From the IMG/VR virus record IMGVR_UViG_3300035208_003217: a stretch of DNA of 64,000 nt; one strand, 5' to 3'. Positions 33,253 through 42,852 of this stretch are shown here, in pieces. Numbering within the stretch: the stretch's first letter is position 1; every line of letters starts with the position of its first letter. Source of the DNA: a virus. The position numbers were made by a program, and so were the translations under genes. The notes beneath the pieces were generated by a model. That model saw only the letters and a list, made by a program, of their open reading frames with translations, had not been told where the DNA came from and made no database searches.

Positions 33253-34236
33253 ATGTATACAGATATTGAAAAGCCAGAATTAATTAAGGGATTAAAATAT
33301 TGGAAGAATCCTAATAATCAATTTGCTGTAGCAATGCTTCATTATACAGCAGATCCTGATAAAGATCCAGAGAGAGATGGAAAAGAATGGTATGAAAATG
33401 AAAGAAAAGGAACTCCAAAAGCTACTTGGTTAAAAGAGTATGAAATTGATTTTTCAACAAAATCAGGTAAATTAATTTTTGGACCAGAATTTTGTGATTT
33501 TGATCCAAAGATACATTTTATCAATTCATTCGAATTACCAGAACCTTATGAATTATTAATGAGTTTAGATTTTGGACAAAGAAATCCTACAGCCTGTCTT
33601 ATTGGAGCTTGGACAATGGATCAAAGATTATATATTATTGATGAATATTATAAACCAAATCTTCCTTCAAAAAGTTCTAAGGAAATGTTTGAACAATTTG
33701 ATTATTTAACAGGATATAAGTTTAAAGGAAAAACTCCAAGAGAGAAATCAATTATTGTTAATAATACATTTCCGATTAGAGTAATTGATCCAAGTACAAC
33801 GGCAAAAAATAGAACAAAAATTAAACAAGGAGAAGAAATTGAGTATAGTGTTATAGAAGACTTTGAAGATCATGGATGGGAATTTGAACCTGGATCAAAT
33901 GATGTGGCTAATGGAATTACAAGAATTAGAGAATATTTACAACTTGATAGAGATAGTAAACCTCATCTTTATATTTTTAAGGATAAATGTCCATATTTAG
34001 TTAATGAATTTACTAAATATAAATATAAAGAATATAATGAGAACATGAGAAGACAAAAGAATGAATCAGAAGAACCTGTTAAAAAAGATGATCACGCAGT
34101 TGATTCTTTGCGGTATATGATAATGACAAGACCAGCAACACCACAGAAACCACCAAAGGAATTATCAAGAATTGAAAAAGATATACAAAATTTATTAAAA
34201 CCTAGAATCATTACAGATGATTGGGATAGTAATTAA
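33253..34236 (+). CDS. terL: terminase large subunit, C-terminal nuclease fragment
   Basis: LDFGQRNPTACLIGAW and KKDDHAVDSLRYMIM match the RNase-H-like terminase nuclease motifs (D.G...D and DDH..DALRY). Confidence 0.7.
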   Translation: MYTDIEKPELIKGLKYWKNPNNQFAVAMLHYTADPDKDPERDGKEWYENERKGTPKATWLKEYEIDFSTKSGKLIFGPEFCDFDPKIHFINSFELPEPYELLMSLDFGQRNPTACLIGAWTMDQRLYIIDEYYKPNLPSKSSKEMFEQFDYLTGYKFKGKTPREKSIIVNNTFPIRVIDPSTTAKNRTKIKQGEEIEYSVIEDFEDHGWEFEPGSNDVANGITRIREYLQLDRDSKPHLYIFKDKCPYLVNEFTKYKYKEYNENMRRQKNESEEPVKKDDHAVDSLRYMIMTRPATPQKPPKELSRIEKDIQNLLKPRIITDDWDSN

Positions 34237-34242
34237 AAATTT

Positions 34243-34638
34243 ATGAAGCAAAATTTAAAAAAATTTGTAACAAAAACAAGTATGAAATTAAAGTTAGAAG
34301 AGATTATCAATGCCTCACCAGCATTACAAACATTGTCAAATACAAAACTTCCAGTATTAGTTAGTTTTAAACTTTCAATGTTATTAAAAGAATTGAATCC
34401 AGTCTATCAATCTTATAATGAAAGTAGAACAAAGTTGCTTGAAAAATATGGAAAGTTAAATAAAGAAAAGACAAATTATGACTTTGATGGAAATAAGAGA
34501 GAAGAATATGCTGAAAAACATAAAGAACTATTACAAGCAGATATAAAACTTGATATTCCAGATATCAAAATTTCAGAGCTTGATGATATAAAAATTGAAC
34601 CTATATTTTTAGAACAACTTAATTGGTTACTAAAATAA
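34243..34638 (+). CDS. hypothetical protein
   Basis: 131 aa. Confidence 0.45.
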   Translation: MKQNLKKFVTKTSMKLKLEEIINASPALQTLSNTKLPVLVSFKLSMLLKELNPVYQSYNESRTKLLEKYGKLNKEKTNYDFDGNKREEYAEKHKELLQADIKLDIPDIKISELDDIKIEPIFLEQLNWLLK

Positions 34639-34648
34639 TTATAAAAGT

Positions 34649-34867
34649 ATGAAAGAAAAAAAAGGTATTGAGATTAAATTAAATGAAGAATCTCAAGAAA
34701 AGATGAAAGATGCAGAATCAAAAACACGTTTACAAAAATTTATTGAACAACTTGAGAAACTTCAAGAACAATATAGTGTAAAAATCTATTCAGTTAATCA
34801 AGTTCAAGAAAATGGAGAAGTTATTCCAATGACTAAAATAATTGATGTATTAAATAAAAAATTATGA
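34649..34867 (+). CDS. hypothetical protein
   Basis: 72 aa, coiled-coil-like. Confidence 0.4.
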   Translation: MKEKKGIEIKLNEESQEKMKDAESKTRLQKFIEQLEKLQEQYSVKIYSVNQVQENGEVIPMTKIIDVLNKKL

Positions 34868-35127
34868 AGATAAAACCAAAACAAGGTATTTTGGTTATTA
34901 AGAAACATAACCAAACAGCGTTAAAAGTTGATATCATTCAAGTTGAAGATGAACAAGATAAACGACTTATTACAGGAGAAGTACTTTCGGATAATAGTAA
35001 GTTATATACTCAAGGAGACACAGTAATCTTTGGAAAGTATGCTCTCTATTTATTAACAATTGAAGGAGAGGATTTTTATCTTCTTGACGAAGAGGATGTC
35101 ATAGGAACTACAAACTATAAAGAATAA
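34864..35127 (+). CDS. groES: co-chaperonin GroES-like
   Basis: MKIKPKQGILVIKK...GEVLSDNSKLYTQGDTVIFGKYA...LLDEEDVIG is collinear with GroES (MKIRPL.DRVIVKR...GEVLAVG...GD.V.F..Y...). It lies immediately upstream of groEL. Confidence 0.65.
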   Translation: MKIKPKQGILVIKKHNQTALKVDIIQVEDEQDKRLITGEVLSDNSKLYTQGDTVIFGKYALYLLTIEGEDFYLLDEEDVIGTTNYKE

Positions 35128-35132
35128 AATGT

Positions 35133-36704
35133 ATGTATAAAATGTTACTTTTTGGGCAAGATGCTCGTGAAAAAATTAAAAAAGGTGTTAATATTTTAGC
35201 TGATGCTGTTAGTTCAACATTAGGACCTAGAGGACAAAATGTTATCTTTGAAGAAAGTTCATTCCCAACTATAACGAAAGATGGTGTAACAGTAGCTCAG
35301 CAAGTTTTTCTTGAAGATAAATTTGAAAATATGGGCAATATGACTGCTCGTGAAGCAGCAGAAAATACTAATCGTGAAGCAGGAGATGGAACAACAACAA
35401 CCATCGTTTTATTAAGAGAAATATTTAATGAAGGATATAAAGCTATAACATCAGGAATGAATTCTGTTCTTCTTAAAAGAGGAATGGATGAAGGATTAAA
35501 ATTTGTTTTAGAGAATTTAGATAAACAAGCTAAAAAAATTACAACAGATAAAGAAAAAGAACAAGTAGCTATTATTTCAGCAAACAATGATATTGAAATG
35601 GGAAAAATGATAGCTTCGGTTATTAAAGAAGTTGGGCAAGATGGAGTTGTAACTGTTTCAAGTTCTAATAATTTAAAGACAGAAGTAGAGTACATTAAAG
35701 GAACAAAATTAAACAGTGGATATGAAAGTCATTTATTTATGAATGATCCAAGAAATCTTTCAGCAGTAATGAATGATCCAGAAATTATTATTACAACAGA
35801 AAGAATAACTATGTCTTCTCAGATTTCTCCTATTATTCAAAAATGTATAGCAGCCGGTAAAAAGAATATGGTTCTATTTGCTGATGTAATTGAAGGACAA
35901 GCAATGGTATTTTTGGTTCAGAATTATTTACAAGGAAAGTTTGCTTGTGTTCCTGTTAAAGTTCCATCTTATGGAGGATATCAAAGAGATTTAATTTATG
36001 ATCTAGCAACACTAACAGAGGCTACAGTATTAGGACAACAAGATGCTAAAATGATAGAAGATGCAGAACTTACAGATTTAGGAAATGCTAAAAATGTTAT
36101 AATAGGAAGAGATCAGACAATTATTTCAGGATCTGAAGGAGATATTAAGAATCGTGTTAAAGAAATTAAAGCATTACTTGAAGAGGAAAAAGATCTTTTT
36201 AAGAAGGAAAAATTAAGACAAAGATTAGGAAGACTAAATGGAAAAATTGCTAATATTAAAGTAGGAGGAGCATCAGATTCAGAACAATTAGAAATTCGTT
36301 ATCGTGTTGAAGATGCTGTTAATGCTACTCGCTCAGCAATTGAAGAAGGAATTGTAGAAGGAGGAGGAACTGCTTTATTAAGATGTTATCAGGCAATACA
36401 AAAAATAGAAGAAAAAGGAACCAAAGAAGAACTTGAAGGATTAAAAATAGTTATTGAAGCATTAAAAGCTCCGTTAAGAAAGATAGTTGATAATGGAGGT
36501 ATCACCGGAGATTCGGTCGTTGCTAAAGTCTTAGAAGGAAAGTTAGGATATAATGCTCTTACTAATGAATATGAAGATTTATTTAAAACAGGAATTATTG
36601 ACCCTAAAAAAGTTGTAAGAAATGAAATAATTAATGCAGTAGCAACAGCCGGTATTTTATTAACATCAGGATGTGCAATTGTTATTAAACCAGAAATAAA
36701 ATAA
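35133..36704 (+). CDS. groEL: chaperonin GroEL (Hsp60)
   Basis: N-terminus LLFGQDAREKIKKGVNILADAVSSTLGPRGQNV and ATP-site AGDGTTTTIVL (GDGTTT). 523 aa. Confidence 0.85.
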   Translation: MYKMLLFGQDAREKIKKGVNILADAVSSTLGPRGQNVIFEESSFPTITKDGVTVAQQVFLEDKFENMGNMTAREAAENTNREAGDGTTTTIVLLREIFNEGYKAITSGMNSVLLKRGMDEGLKFVLENLDKQAKKITTDKEKEQVAIISANNDIEMGKMIASVIKEVGQDGVVTVSSSNNLKTEVEYIKGTKLNSGYESHLFMNDPRNLSAVMNDPEIIITTERITMSSQISPIIQKCIAAGKKNMVLFADVIEGQAMVFLVQNYLQGKFACVPVKVPSYGGYQRDLIYDLATLTEATVLGQQDAKMIEDAELTDLGNAKNVIIGRDQTIISGSEGDIKNRVKEIKALLEEEKDLFKKEKLRQRLGRLNGKIANIKVGGASDSEQLEIRYRVEDAVNATRSAIEEGIVEGGGTALLRCYQAIQKIEEKGTKEELEGLKIVIEALKAPLRKIVDNGGITGDSVVAKVLEGKLGYNALTNEYEDLFKTGIIDPKKVVRNEIINAVATAGILLTSGCAIVIKPEIK

Positions 36705-36705
36705 T

Positions 36706-36966
36706 ATGAATATTTTAATTATAATTTTGTTTATAGGAACTCTTGCATTTATTTATTTTTGGCAAAAAAGACAAGACAAAGCAGAAGAAAATAGATTTAG
36801 AGAATTTGTTATTGCTAGCAAAGCAAAGAATGTTGAAGATTATGTGACAGCTATTCCTTCTCGTGATGATAGTATTATTCCACAGCAAGAGGAATTACAT
36901 GACATTGATAATATTGATCCAGAAGTATTATTGAATGCTATAAAACAAGAACATCAAGAAAACTAA
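36706..36966 (+). CDS. small membrane protein
   Basis: N-terminal hydrophobic helix MNILIIILFIGTLAFIYFW. Confidence 0.4.
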   Translation: MNILIIILFIGTLAFIYFWQKRQDKAEENRFREFVIASKAKNVEDYVTAIPSRDDSIIPQQEELHDIDNIDPEVLLNAIKQEHQEN

Positions 36967-36967
36967 T

Positions 36968-37225
36968 ATGAAAGTGACAAATATAAAAATTAAACAAGTA
37001 ATTCCAGATAAAGGACATATTGGATTTATTTCATGTGTTGTTGATAGTTGGTTATTTTTAAATAATATTGCTGTATTTACAAGACTCTCAGATCCTGAGA
37101 AAATTAGACTTGTATTTCCAGAAAAGAAAGTTGGAGATAAAAAAATTAATCTTTTTTATCCTTTGACTTCAGAAGCATATTTTGAATTAGAAAAAGCAAT
37201 TCAAGAAAAACTTAAACAATTATGA
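36968..37225 (+). CDS. spoVG: SpoVG-like protein
   Basis: MKVTNIKIKQVIPDKGHIGFISCVVDSWLFLNNIAVF...VFPEKK is collinear with B. subtilis SpoVG ([37 protein letters not shown]...AMPSKR). Confidence 0.65.
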   Translation: MKVTNIKIKQVIPDKGHIGFISCVVDSWLFLNNIAVFTRLSDPEKIRLVFPEKKVGDKKINLFYPLTSEAYFELEKAIQEKLKQL

Positions 37226-39096
37226 CATTTAAAGAATTACAAAGTGAAAAAATAAAACCACAAGATAAAGAAGTGGCATCTTTTATTGATCAATTATATA
37301 CACAGACACTGTCTAAGTATATGAAACTACATCGTGATTGGTATCTTAATGAAAGATTTGTTAGAGGAGATCATTGGATTGTCTATAATAAAACATTAAA
37401 TAAAATACAAACACTTCCAGTTTCAGATGGTGAAATTCGTAGAACTATTAATAAAATAAGAACACAATTAAGAGGTGTTAAGAATTTTATTAAAAGAAAT
37501 CAACCTAGATGGGAAGCTCATCCAGAAGATTCATCAGATGAATCATTAAAAAATGCACAAAAAACAAATAAGATTTTACAATATTATTATAGAATTTTAA
37601 AAATTAAATCTGTATTAACAGACATTATTGTATCAGGGCTTAAATATTCTGTTGGATTTCTTGAGGCAGCTGTTGTTGAAACAGGAAAAGAGACAAAGAT
37701 TAAATTATGGCATGATGATACATTCTCTATTCTTTTAGATCTTGATGCTAGTCATATTCAAGATTGCCGTTACATTTTAAAAGTAATGAAAAAACCCGTT
37801 ACACAAGTTCAAGAAAATAAAAATTATAAAATTGCAGGAAATATTGGCTCCGATTCCAAAGAGAATGGAGGTTCTACATACAAAGAAATGTTAGAACAAG
37901 AAAAATATGGAACAAATATAAATAAAGGTGTTAAAGATCTTGAATCAACTCTTGTTAAAGAATTATGGATTAAATGGTATGATGAAAATGGAAAGTCACA
38001 TGTTAAAATATTTACAAATGTCTCAGATCAACTTGTAAGAGTTCAAGAAACAAAATATAGAAGATATCCTTTTTTTTCTTATAATCCAGAACATGAACCT
38101 GGAGCAATATACTCAGATGCTTGGATTAAGGATTTAATTCAAATTAATAAATCATTAGACAAAAGTGTTTCACAAATTGAAGGATATATTCAAAGAATGT
38201 TGGCTGGTAAATTTATGATTAAACAAGGTGTTGAAGTTTCTTCAATTACTGATAAAGGAGCAGAAAAAATTTATTATAAAGGTTCAGTTCCTCCAACACA
38301 ATTAGAATTACAACCATTACCAAGCACACCATTTTCATATACTAATAATCTTGAAAGATGGATTGAAGAAGGTGGAGGAATGAGAGAAGCATCACTTGGA
38401 AGAGCTCCATCAGGAATTCAATCAGGAAAAGGCGTTGAAGCACTACAGGCAGCCGATGCCTCTACTGTTGCTGAACCAGTTGAAAATCTTGAAACATTTT
38501 TAGAAGAAATTTCAGAATTTATTTTAGAATTATTGACAGATTATCAAATTACTTCAATGGAGATTACAGAAGAAAATGAATCAATTAAGTTTATTGGAGG
38601 AGAAATTTCTAATGAAGAAGTTCCTGATGGAGTAATGAAATTAAAACCATTAAATGTAAGAGTTGCTATTGTTCCAGAAATTGCTTATAGTGAAGATGCT
38701 AAATTTGATAGATTGATGCAATTAGCTAATGCTCAAATGATTGATCCGCAAACTATACTTGAAAAACTTTCTATTTCAAATGTTTCAGATATTATTGAAA
38801 GAATGAATAAAGCAAAAGAAGAAGGATTTAAACAAGAAATGATGAAACAAAAAGAAAGTCACCGAACATCAGGAAATGCTCCAGAAGATACAGCTGATTT
38901 AGCAGATCAAGAGAATATGCAGATATCAGCAGGACAAGAAGTTCCAATGACTCCTCAAGCAGTCTGGGCGCCTGAACATACAGAGCTACATTTAGCATTT
39001 ATACAAGAAAATCAAGATGCTTATACACAATATAAAAATTTGTTTGATGCTCATATTCAAAATGAAGAACAGTATCAAGCACAACAACAAAAATAA
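37222..39096 (+). CDS. putative portal protein
   Basis: 624 aa protein in the position after terL and before scaffold and capsid. Gln-rich C-terminus. Assigned by gene order only. Confidence 0.5.
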   Translation: MTFKELQSEKIKPQDKEVASFIDQLYTQTLSKYMKLHRDWYLNERFVRGDHWIVYNKTLNKIQTLPVSDGEIRRTINKIRTQLRGVKNFIKRNQPRWEAHPEDSSDESLKNAQKTNKILQYYYRILKIKSVLTDIIVSGLKYSVGFLEAAVVETGKETKIKLWHDDTFSILLDLDASHIQDCRYILKVMKKPVTQVQENKNYKIAGNIGSDSKENGGSTYKEMLEQEKYGTNINKGVKDLESTLVKELWIKWYDENGKSHVKIFTNVSDQLVRVQETKYRRYPFFSYNPEHEPGAIYSDAWIKDLIQINKSLDKSVSQIEGYIQRMLAGKFMIKQGVEVSSITDKGAEKIYYKGSVPPTQLELQPLPSTPFSYTNNLERWIEEGGGMREASLGRAPSGIQSGKGVEALQAADASTVAEPVENLETFLEEISEFILELLTDYQITSMEITEENESIKFIGGEISNEEVPDGVMKLKPLNVRVAIVPEIAYSEDAKFDRLMQLANAQMIDPQTILEKLSISNVSDIIERMNKAKEEGFKQEMMKQKESHRTSGNAPEDTADLADQENMQISAGQEVPMTPQAVWAPEHTELHLAFIQENQDAYTQYKNLFDAHIQNEEQYQAQQQK

Positions 39097-39097
39097 T

Positions 39098-39334
39098 ATG
39101 GATACAAAAACAATGATAATGAATATTTGGAATGGTAAAAGAAAGCAGATAAAACAAAATGCTGCTAAAGAAGCTGAAAAAATATTTATAAAAACAAATC
39201 CAGGAACGGCAGATAAGAATGGAAATTTTCCGCAAGTAGGTCCTAATATGCCTAAAGCGTATAATAAAGAGGCTAAAAGAATTGAAAGACAAGTAATAAA
39301 GACTAGAGTTGAACAATCTAAAAAATCTAAGTAA
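39098..39334 (+). CDS. small basic protein
   Basis: Internal start MDTKTMIMNIWNGKRK immediately after the portal stop. 78 aa. Confidence 0.35.
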   Translation: MDTKTMIMNIWNGKRKQIKQNAAKEAEKIFIKTNPGTADKNGNFPQVGPNMPKAYNKEAKRIERQVIKTRVEQSKKSK

Positions 39335-39395
39335 AGTTTTAATATAATTCCCAGATCGGTTCCTGGGTTATCAAAGAATCGTTAACATAAAATTT

Positions 39396-40136
39396 ATGCC
39401 AAATCCACAAGATTTAAAAATGGAAGTAAATGCAGCAATTGATGCTGCCGCTGAAGTACCTTCCACTCCAGCAGAAAATGTATCCTCAACTCCAGAGGTA
39501 AAAGAGTCAGTTGTAGAGCCAGTTGCTCCAATTGAGAAAGATCCGTTAAAGTTAAAAGAGCAGATTGACAATCTAAATATAGCTCTAAAAACAGAAAGAG
39601 ATTCTAATAAAACAAAAATTGAAGAAATGAAAAAGAAACTCGAAGAATCTGTTTCTAGCTATGAAAAGATTAAGAATGTTTTTGCTCCTCCACAAGAGGA
39701 AAAACCTCAAGAACCTATTTACGCCACATCAGATGATGTTGATAAGGCTGTTGAAAAAAAACTTCAAGCATTGAAAGAGGATCAAATCCAAAATCAAAAA
39801 GTTGAAGAATATAAGAAAGAAATTAAAAGCCTTGAAACAGAATGGGATGGACAAAATGGAAAACCAAAATATGATGATGAGGAAGTTCTAAATTGGCAGA
39901 GAGAAAATGAGAAAACTTATCTTTCTCCAAAGGATGCTTTTCTTCAGATGAAGCACAATGAACTTCTTGATTATGAGGTAAAACAAAGACTTTCTGGTGT
40001 CAAACCTGTTATAGAAGTAGAAAAACCTTCTTCAATGTCTGGTAATCATCCATCAGGTGATTCAGTTAAAAATGCTGATATTAACACTAGAGATGCTATT
40101 AGACAGGCAATGGAAGAAGTATCAAAAGAGATGTAG
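39396..40136 (+). CDS. putative scaffolding protein
   Basis: 246 aa, acidic and Glu/Lys-rich coiled coil, between portal and capsid. Confidence 0.5.
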   Translation: MPNPQDLKMEVNAAIDAAAEVPSTPAENVSSTPEVKESVVEPVAPIEKDPLKLKEQIDNLNIALKTERDSNKTKIEEMKKKLEESVSSYEKIKNVFAPPQEEKPQEPIYATSDDVDKAVEKKLQALKEDQIQNQKVEEYKKEIKSLETEWDGQNGKPKYDDEEVLNWQRENEKTYLSPKDAFLQMKHNELLDYEVKQRLSGVKPVIEVEKPSSMSGNHPSGDSVKNADINTRDAIRQAMEEVSKEM

Positions 40137-40182
40137 CTTAAAAATTAAGTTATATTCTATACTGAAATAGAATCAAAATAAT

Positions 40183-41403
40183 ATGGGACAATCTGTCTCT
40201 AATTTAGCCAATGCGGCTATGAGAGTCTACGATAAGGTTGTTCATGATCAAGTATTTCAAAAGAATGTTTTATTCATGAATATCTTACGTAATGTTGCTC
40301 AAGAAATTGGTGCAACTACAAAATACATTTCTCTTCATTATGATAGAAATGTAGGATCTGCTGCTGGAAGTGAAACAGTTGTTTTACCTATTGCTGGCAA
40401 TCAACAATACTTACAAGCTAATGTTACAATGAAATACAACTTTCATACAGTTAGTATTACAGATGTAGCTATTAAAGCTTCAGCAAGATCTAAAGAGTTT
40501 TTGGTTAATGTTCTTGAATCCGAATATCAAGGTGCCAAGAATGATATGCAAAGACAGTTAAGTCGTCAAGGTTATGGTATTGGTACTGGTGTTATCTGTC
40601 GTGTGAATGGAACTCCTTCACAAGGTGCTACATCAACAGTTACATTAGATACTCCAATGATTGGAAAATATCCAACAGATTATATTTCTATTGGAAATGG
40701 ATTAATGTTTTCAAGTGCTGCTGCCGCTGAAACTTCAGCTGTCTTTGGAACAGTATCTTCCATTCCGTCCAATACTACTTTAGTTTTTTCTGATGCTACT
40801 GGTGTTGCTGATGATGATTATGTATTTTTAGCACATACCAATGGTAGTACTCCAACAGTTTCCAATCTTAATGCCGAAATGATGGGTCTCAAAGGACTTA
40901 TTGATGATGGTGCTAATATTGATAGTTTTCAAGGTTTAGCTCGTACTACTTACAAATGGTGGCAATCTTATGTTGATGATGCTTCAACTCAAAGATCATT
41001 AACAGATGCTCTATTACATTCTACTTTTTTGGAAGCTAAAAAGAAAGGTGATCCGAAGTATATTTTAACATCTTTTGATGTTACTTCTGCTTATGGACAA
41101 CTTTTAACTCCAGATCGTAGATATGGTGTAGAGTTAAAACTTGAAGGTGGATTTTCCGGAGTTGGATTCAATGGTATTCCTATGGTAGCTGATTTTGATG
41201 CTCCATATGATGAAGCTTACTTTATTGATCCGAGTACATTATCTGTTGAAGATTTAGCTCCTATGTCCTTCTTACAAGAAGATGGTGCTATCTTAAATAG
41301 AAGTTCAACTCAACCAATTTGGAATGCTACTCTTCGTTACTATGCTAACTTAGCAAATAGCGCTCCAAATCAAAGTTCTGCTCTTCGTGATATCGTTAAA
41401 TAA
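40183..41403 (+). CDS. putative major capsid protein
   Basis: 406 aa ORF downstream of the scaffold gene. It is followed by a strong GC hairpin. Assigned by gene order only. Confidence 0.5.
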   Translation: MGQSVSNLANAAMRVYDKVVHDQVFQKNVLFMNILRNVAQEIGATTKYISLHYDRNVGSAAGSETVVLPIAGNQQYLQANVTMKYNFHTVSITDVAIKASARSKEFLVNVLESEYQGAKNDMQRQLSRQGYGIGTGVICRVNGTPSQGATSTVTLDTPMIGKYPTDYISIGNGLMFSSAAAAETSAVFGTVSSIPSNTTLVFSDATGVADDDYVFLAHTNGSTPTVSNLNAEMMGLKGLIDDGANIDSFQGLARTTYKWWQSYVDDASTQRSLTDALLHSTFLEAKKKGDPKYILTSFDVTSAYGQLLTPDRRYGVELKLEGGFSGVGFNGIPMVADFDAPYDEAYFIDPSTLSVEDLAPMSFLQEDGAILNRSSTQPIWNATLRYYANLANSAPNQSSALRDIVK

Positions 41404-41413
41404 TTAACAAGTA

Positions 41414-41443
41414 TCCCTCCCTTCTTAATTGAGGGGAGGGGGG
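41414..41443 (+). terminator. GC-rich stem-loop after the capsid gene (CCCTCCC...GGGAGGG)
   Basis: Stem of 7 to 8 bp with 100% GC in a roughly 30% GC genome, 11 nt after the capsid stop. No clear U-tract, so it may be a terminator or a stabilising hairpin. Confidence 0.5.
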
Positions 41444-42049
41444 CAACTATTCAAAAATATGATAAAAGATCGAAATTTAGATCTATTAGCAAGAAAACAG
41501 TATACAATTCTACATCCAGATGTTGCTGCAAATAGTATTGTTAATGGAGAAGATATTTCTGCAGGTACAGTTGCTGCTGCTACTCTGGTAAAAACATTAC
41601 TAGATTATCCTCGCAACTTGCTTTATACACTAGCTGACAATTCATCTAATACATTAGAAGCAGTTTTTACTGTAGTTGGTGAAGATCAATTTGGTGAAGT
41701 TGTTACTGAAGTTGCTTCAGTGGATTATAGTGTAGCCGCAACAACTGATGGAACTCAAATCTTTTCGAAAATTACTTCTATAAAGATTGTTCCTACAAAT
41801 AATGCAGCTTCTGATACAGCTTCAGTCGGTGTATCAATTACGGCTGATGTTGCTTCATTTGGATTACCAGATAAAATTGGTGCAATTACTGATGTAAAAA
41901 ATGTTGTTTTTGATGATGCTGGAACTGTTAAAGTTCAAAATATTGATTCAACATCAGTAGTATTAGCTAGAAATTGCTTTAGACCAGAACAGACTGTTGC
42001 TGCTGCTGATAATTATATTATCATCTATAAAAGTACAGGTTATCGATAA
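41429..42049 (+). CDS. hypothetical virion protein (Ala/Thr/Val-rich, possible decoration protein)
   Basis: 206 aa. The likely real start is MIKDRN at 41459. Confidence 0.4.
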   Translation: MRGGGQLFKNMIKDRNLDLLARKQYTILHPDVAANSIVNGEDISAGTVAAATLVKTLLDYPRNLLYTLADNSSNTLEAVFTVVGEDQFGEVVTEVASVDYSVAATTDGTQIFSKITSIKIVPTNNAASDTASVGVSITADVASFGLPDKIGAITDVKNVVFDDAGTVKVQNIDSTSVVLARNCFRPEQTVAAADNYIIIYKSTGYR

Positions 42050-42149
42050 ATAATTAAATAATTATAAGGTGCCTATGACAGATATCTGTCTTCGTAGAAT
42101 AGGCTAAGCGGCGCGTGAGAACGGCCTTATAATTTAACTTAACAAGCAT

Positions 42150-42461
42150 ATGAAATTAAGAAACAATGGAGGTTCCTTTATTGTAATCTTCTCTGGAAAA
42201 GATTATCCGGTGCCATCAGGAGAATTTGAAGTTTTCTCTGATCAATTGGGATATTTTATTCTTGGTAGAGCTGCAAAATGGGGGAAAGATGTTATTTCTG
42301 TAGATGAAAAAAAGATGGAAGATATTCGTCCTGATATTAAAGAAGTAGAAGTTAAAATTGTAGAACCTGTTGAAGAAGTTATAGTTGATGCTGTCGAAGT
42401 ATTAACTAGTGGAACTGTAACAAAAACTAAAACAAAAATCAAAGAAGTAGAAACTAAATAG
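42150..42461 (+). CDS. hypothetical structural protein
   Basis: 103 aa. Confidence 0.4.
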   Translation: MKLRNNGGSFIVIFSGKDYPVPSGEFEVFSDQLGYFILGRAAKWGKDVISVDEKKMEDIRPDIKEVEVKIVEPVEEVIVDAVEVLTSGTVTKTKTKIKEVETK

Positions 42462-42462
42462 T

Positions 42463-42771
42463 ATGAGAAATATTAAGAAGTATGATAAACTTCTAAAAAC
42501 CAAAAGAAATATTGATGGTTCTATTCAGATAGTTCGTCAAAGTCCATTTAATAGTCAAAGACAATTTGAAATTATTGATATAAAAAATGAATATTGTGGA
42601 AGTTTTAGATGGATTTTAGATCAATTAATTAAAATGGATACAAGAAAATTTGATATTGTTGGAAAAAGTATGCGAAATAATTTAGCTATTCGAAATCGAA
42701 AAGATGATGATAGAATGACTAAAGATATTGCGGACTTTTGGGAAGTTGGAGGTGAATCAATAATTACTTAA
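42463..42771 (+). CDS. hypothetical structural protein
   Basis: 102 aa. Confidence 0.4.
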   Translation: MRNIKKYDKLLKTKRNIDGSIQIVRQSPFNSQRQFEIIDIKNEYCGSFRWILDQLIKMDTRKFDIVGKSMRNNLAIRNRKDDDRMTKDIADFWEVGGESIIT

Positions 42772-42852
42772 TTAAATAATTTGATTTTTGTTATGAGAGG
42801 GGGGCAAGTTTAACTTGACTCTCAGTAAGAAAAATTAAGTTATATCAATCCT

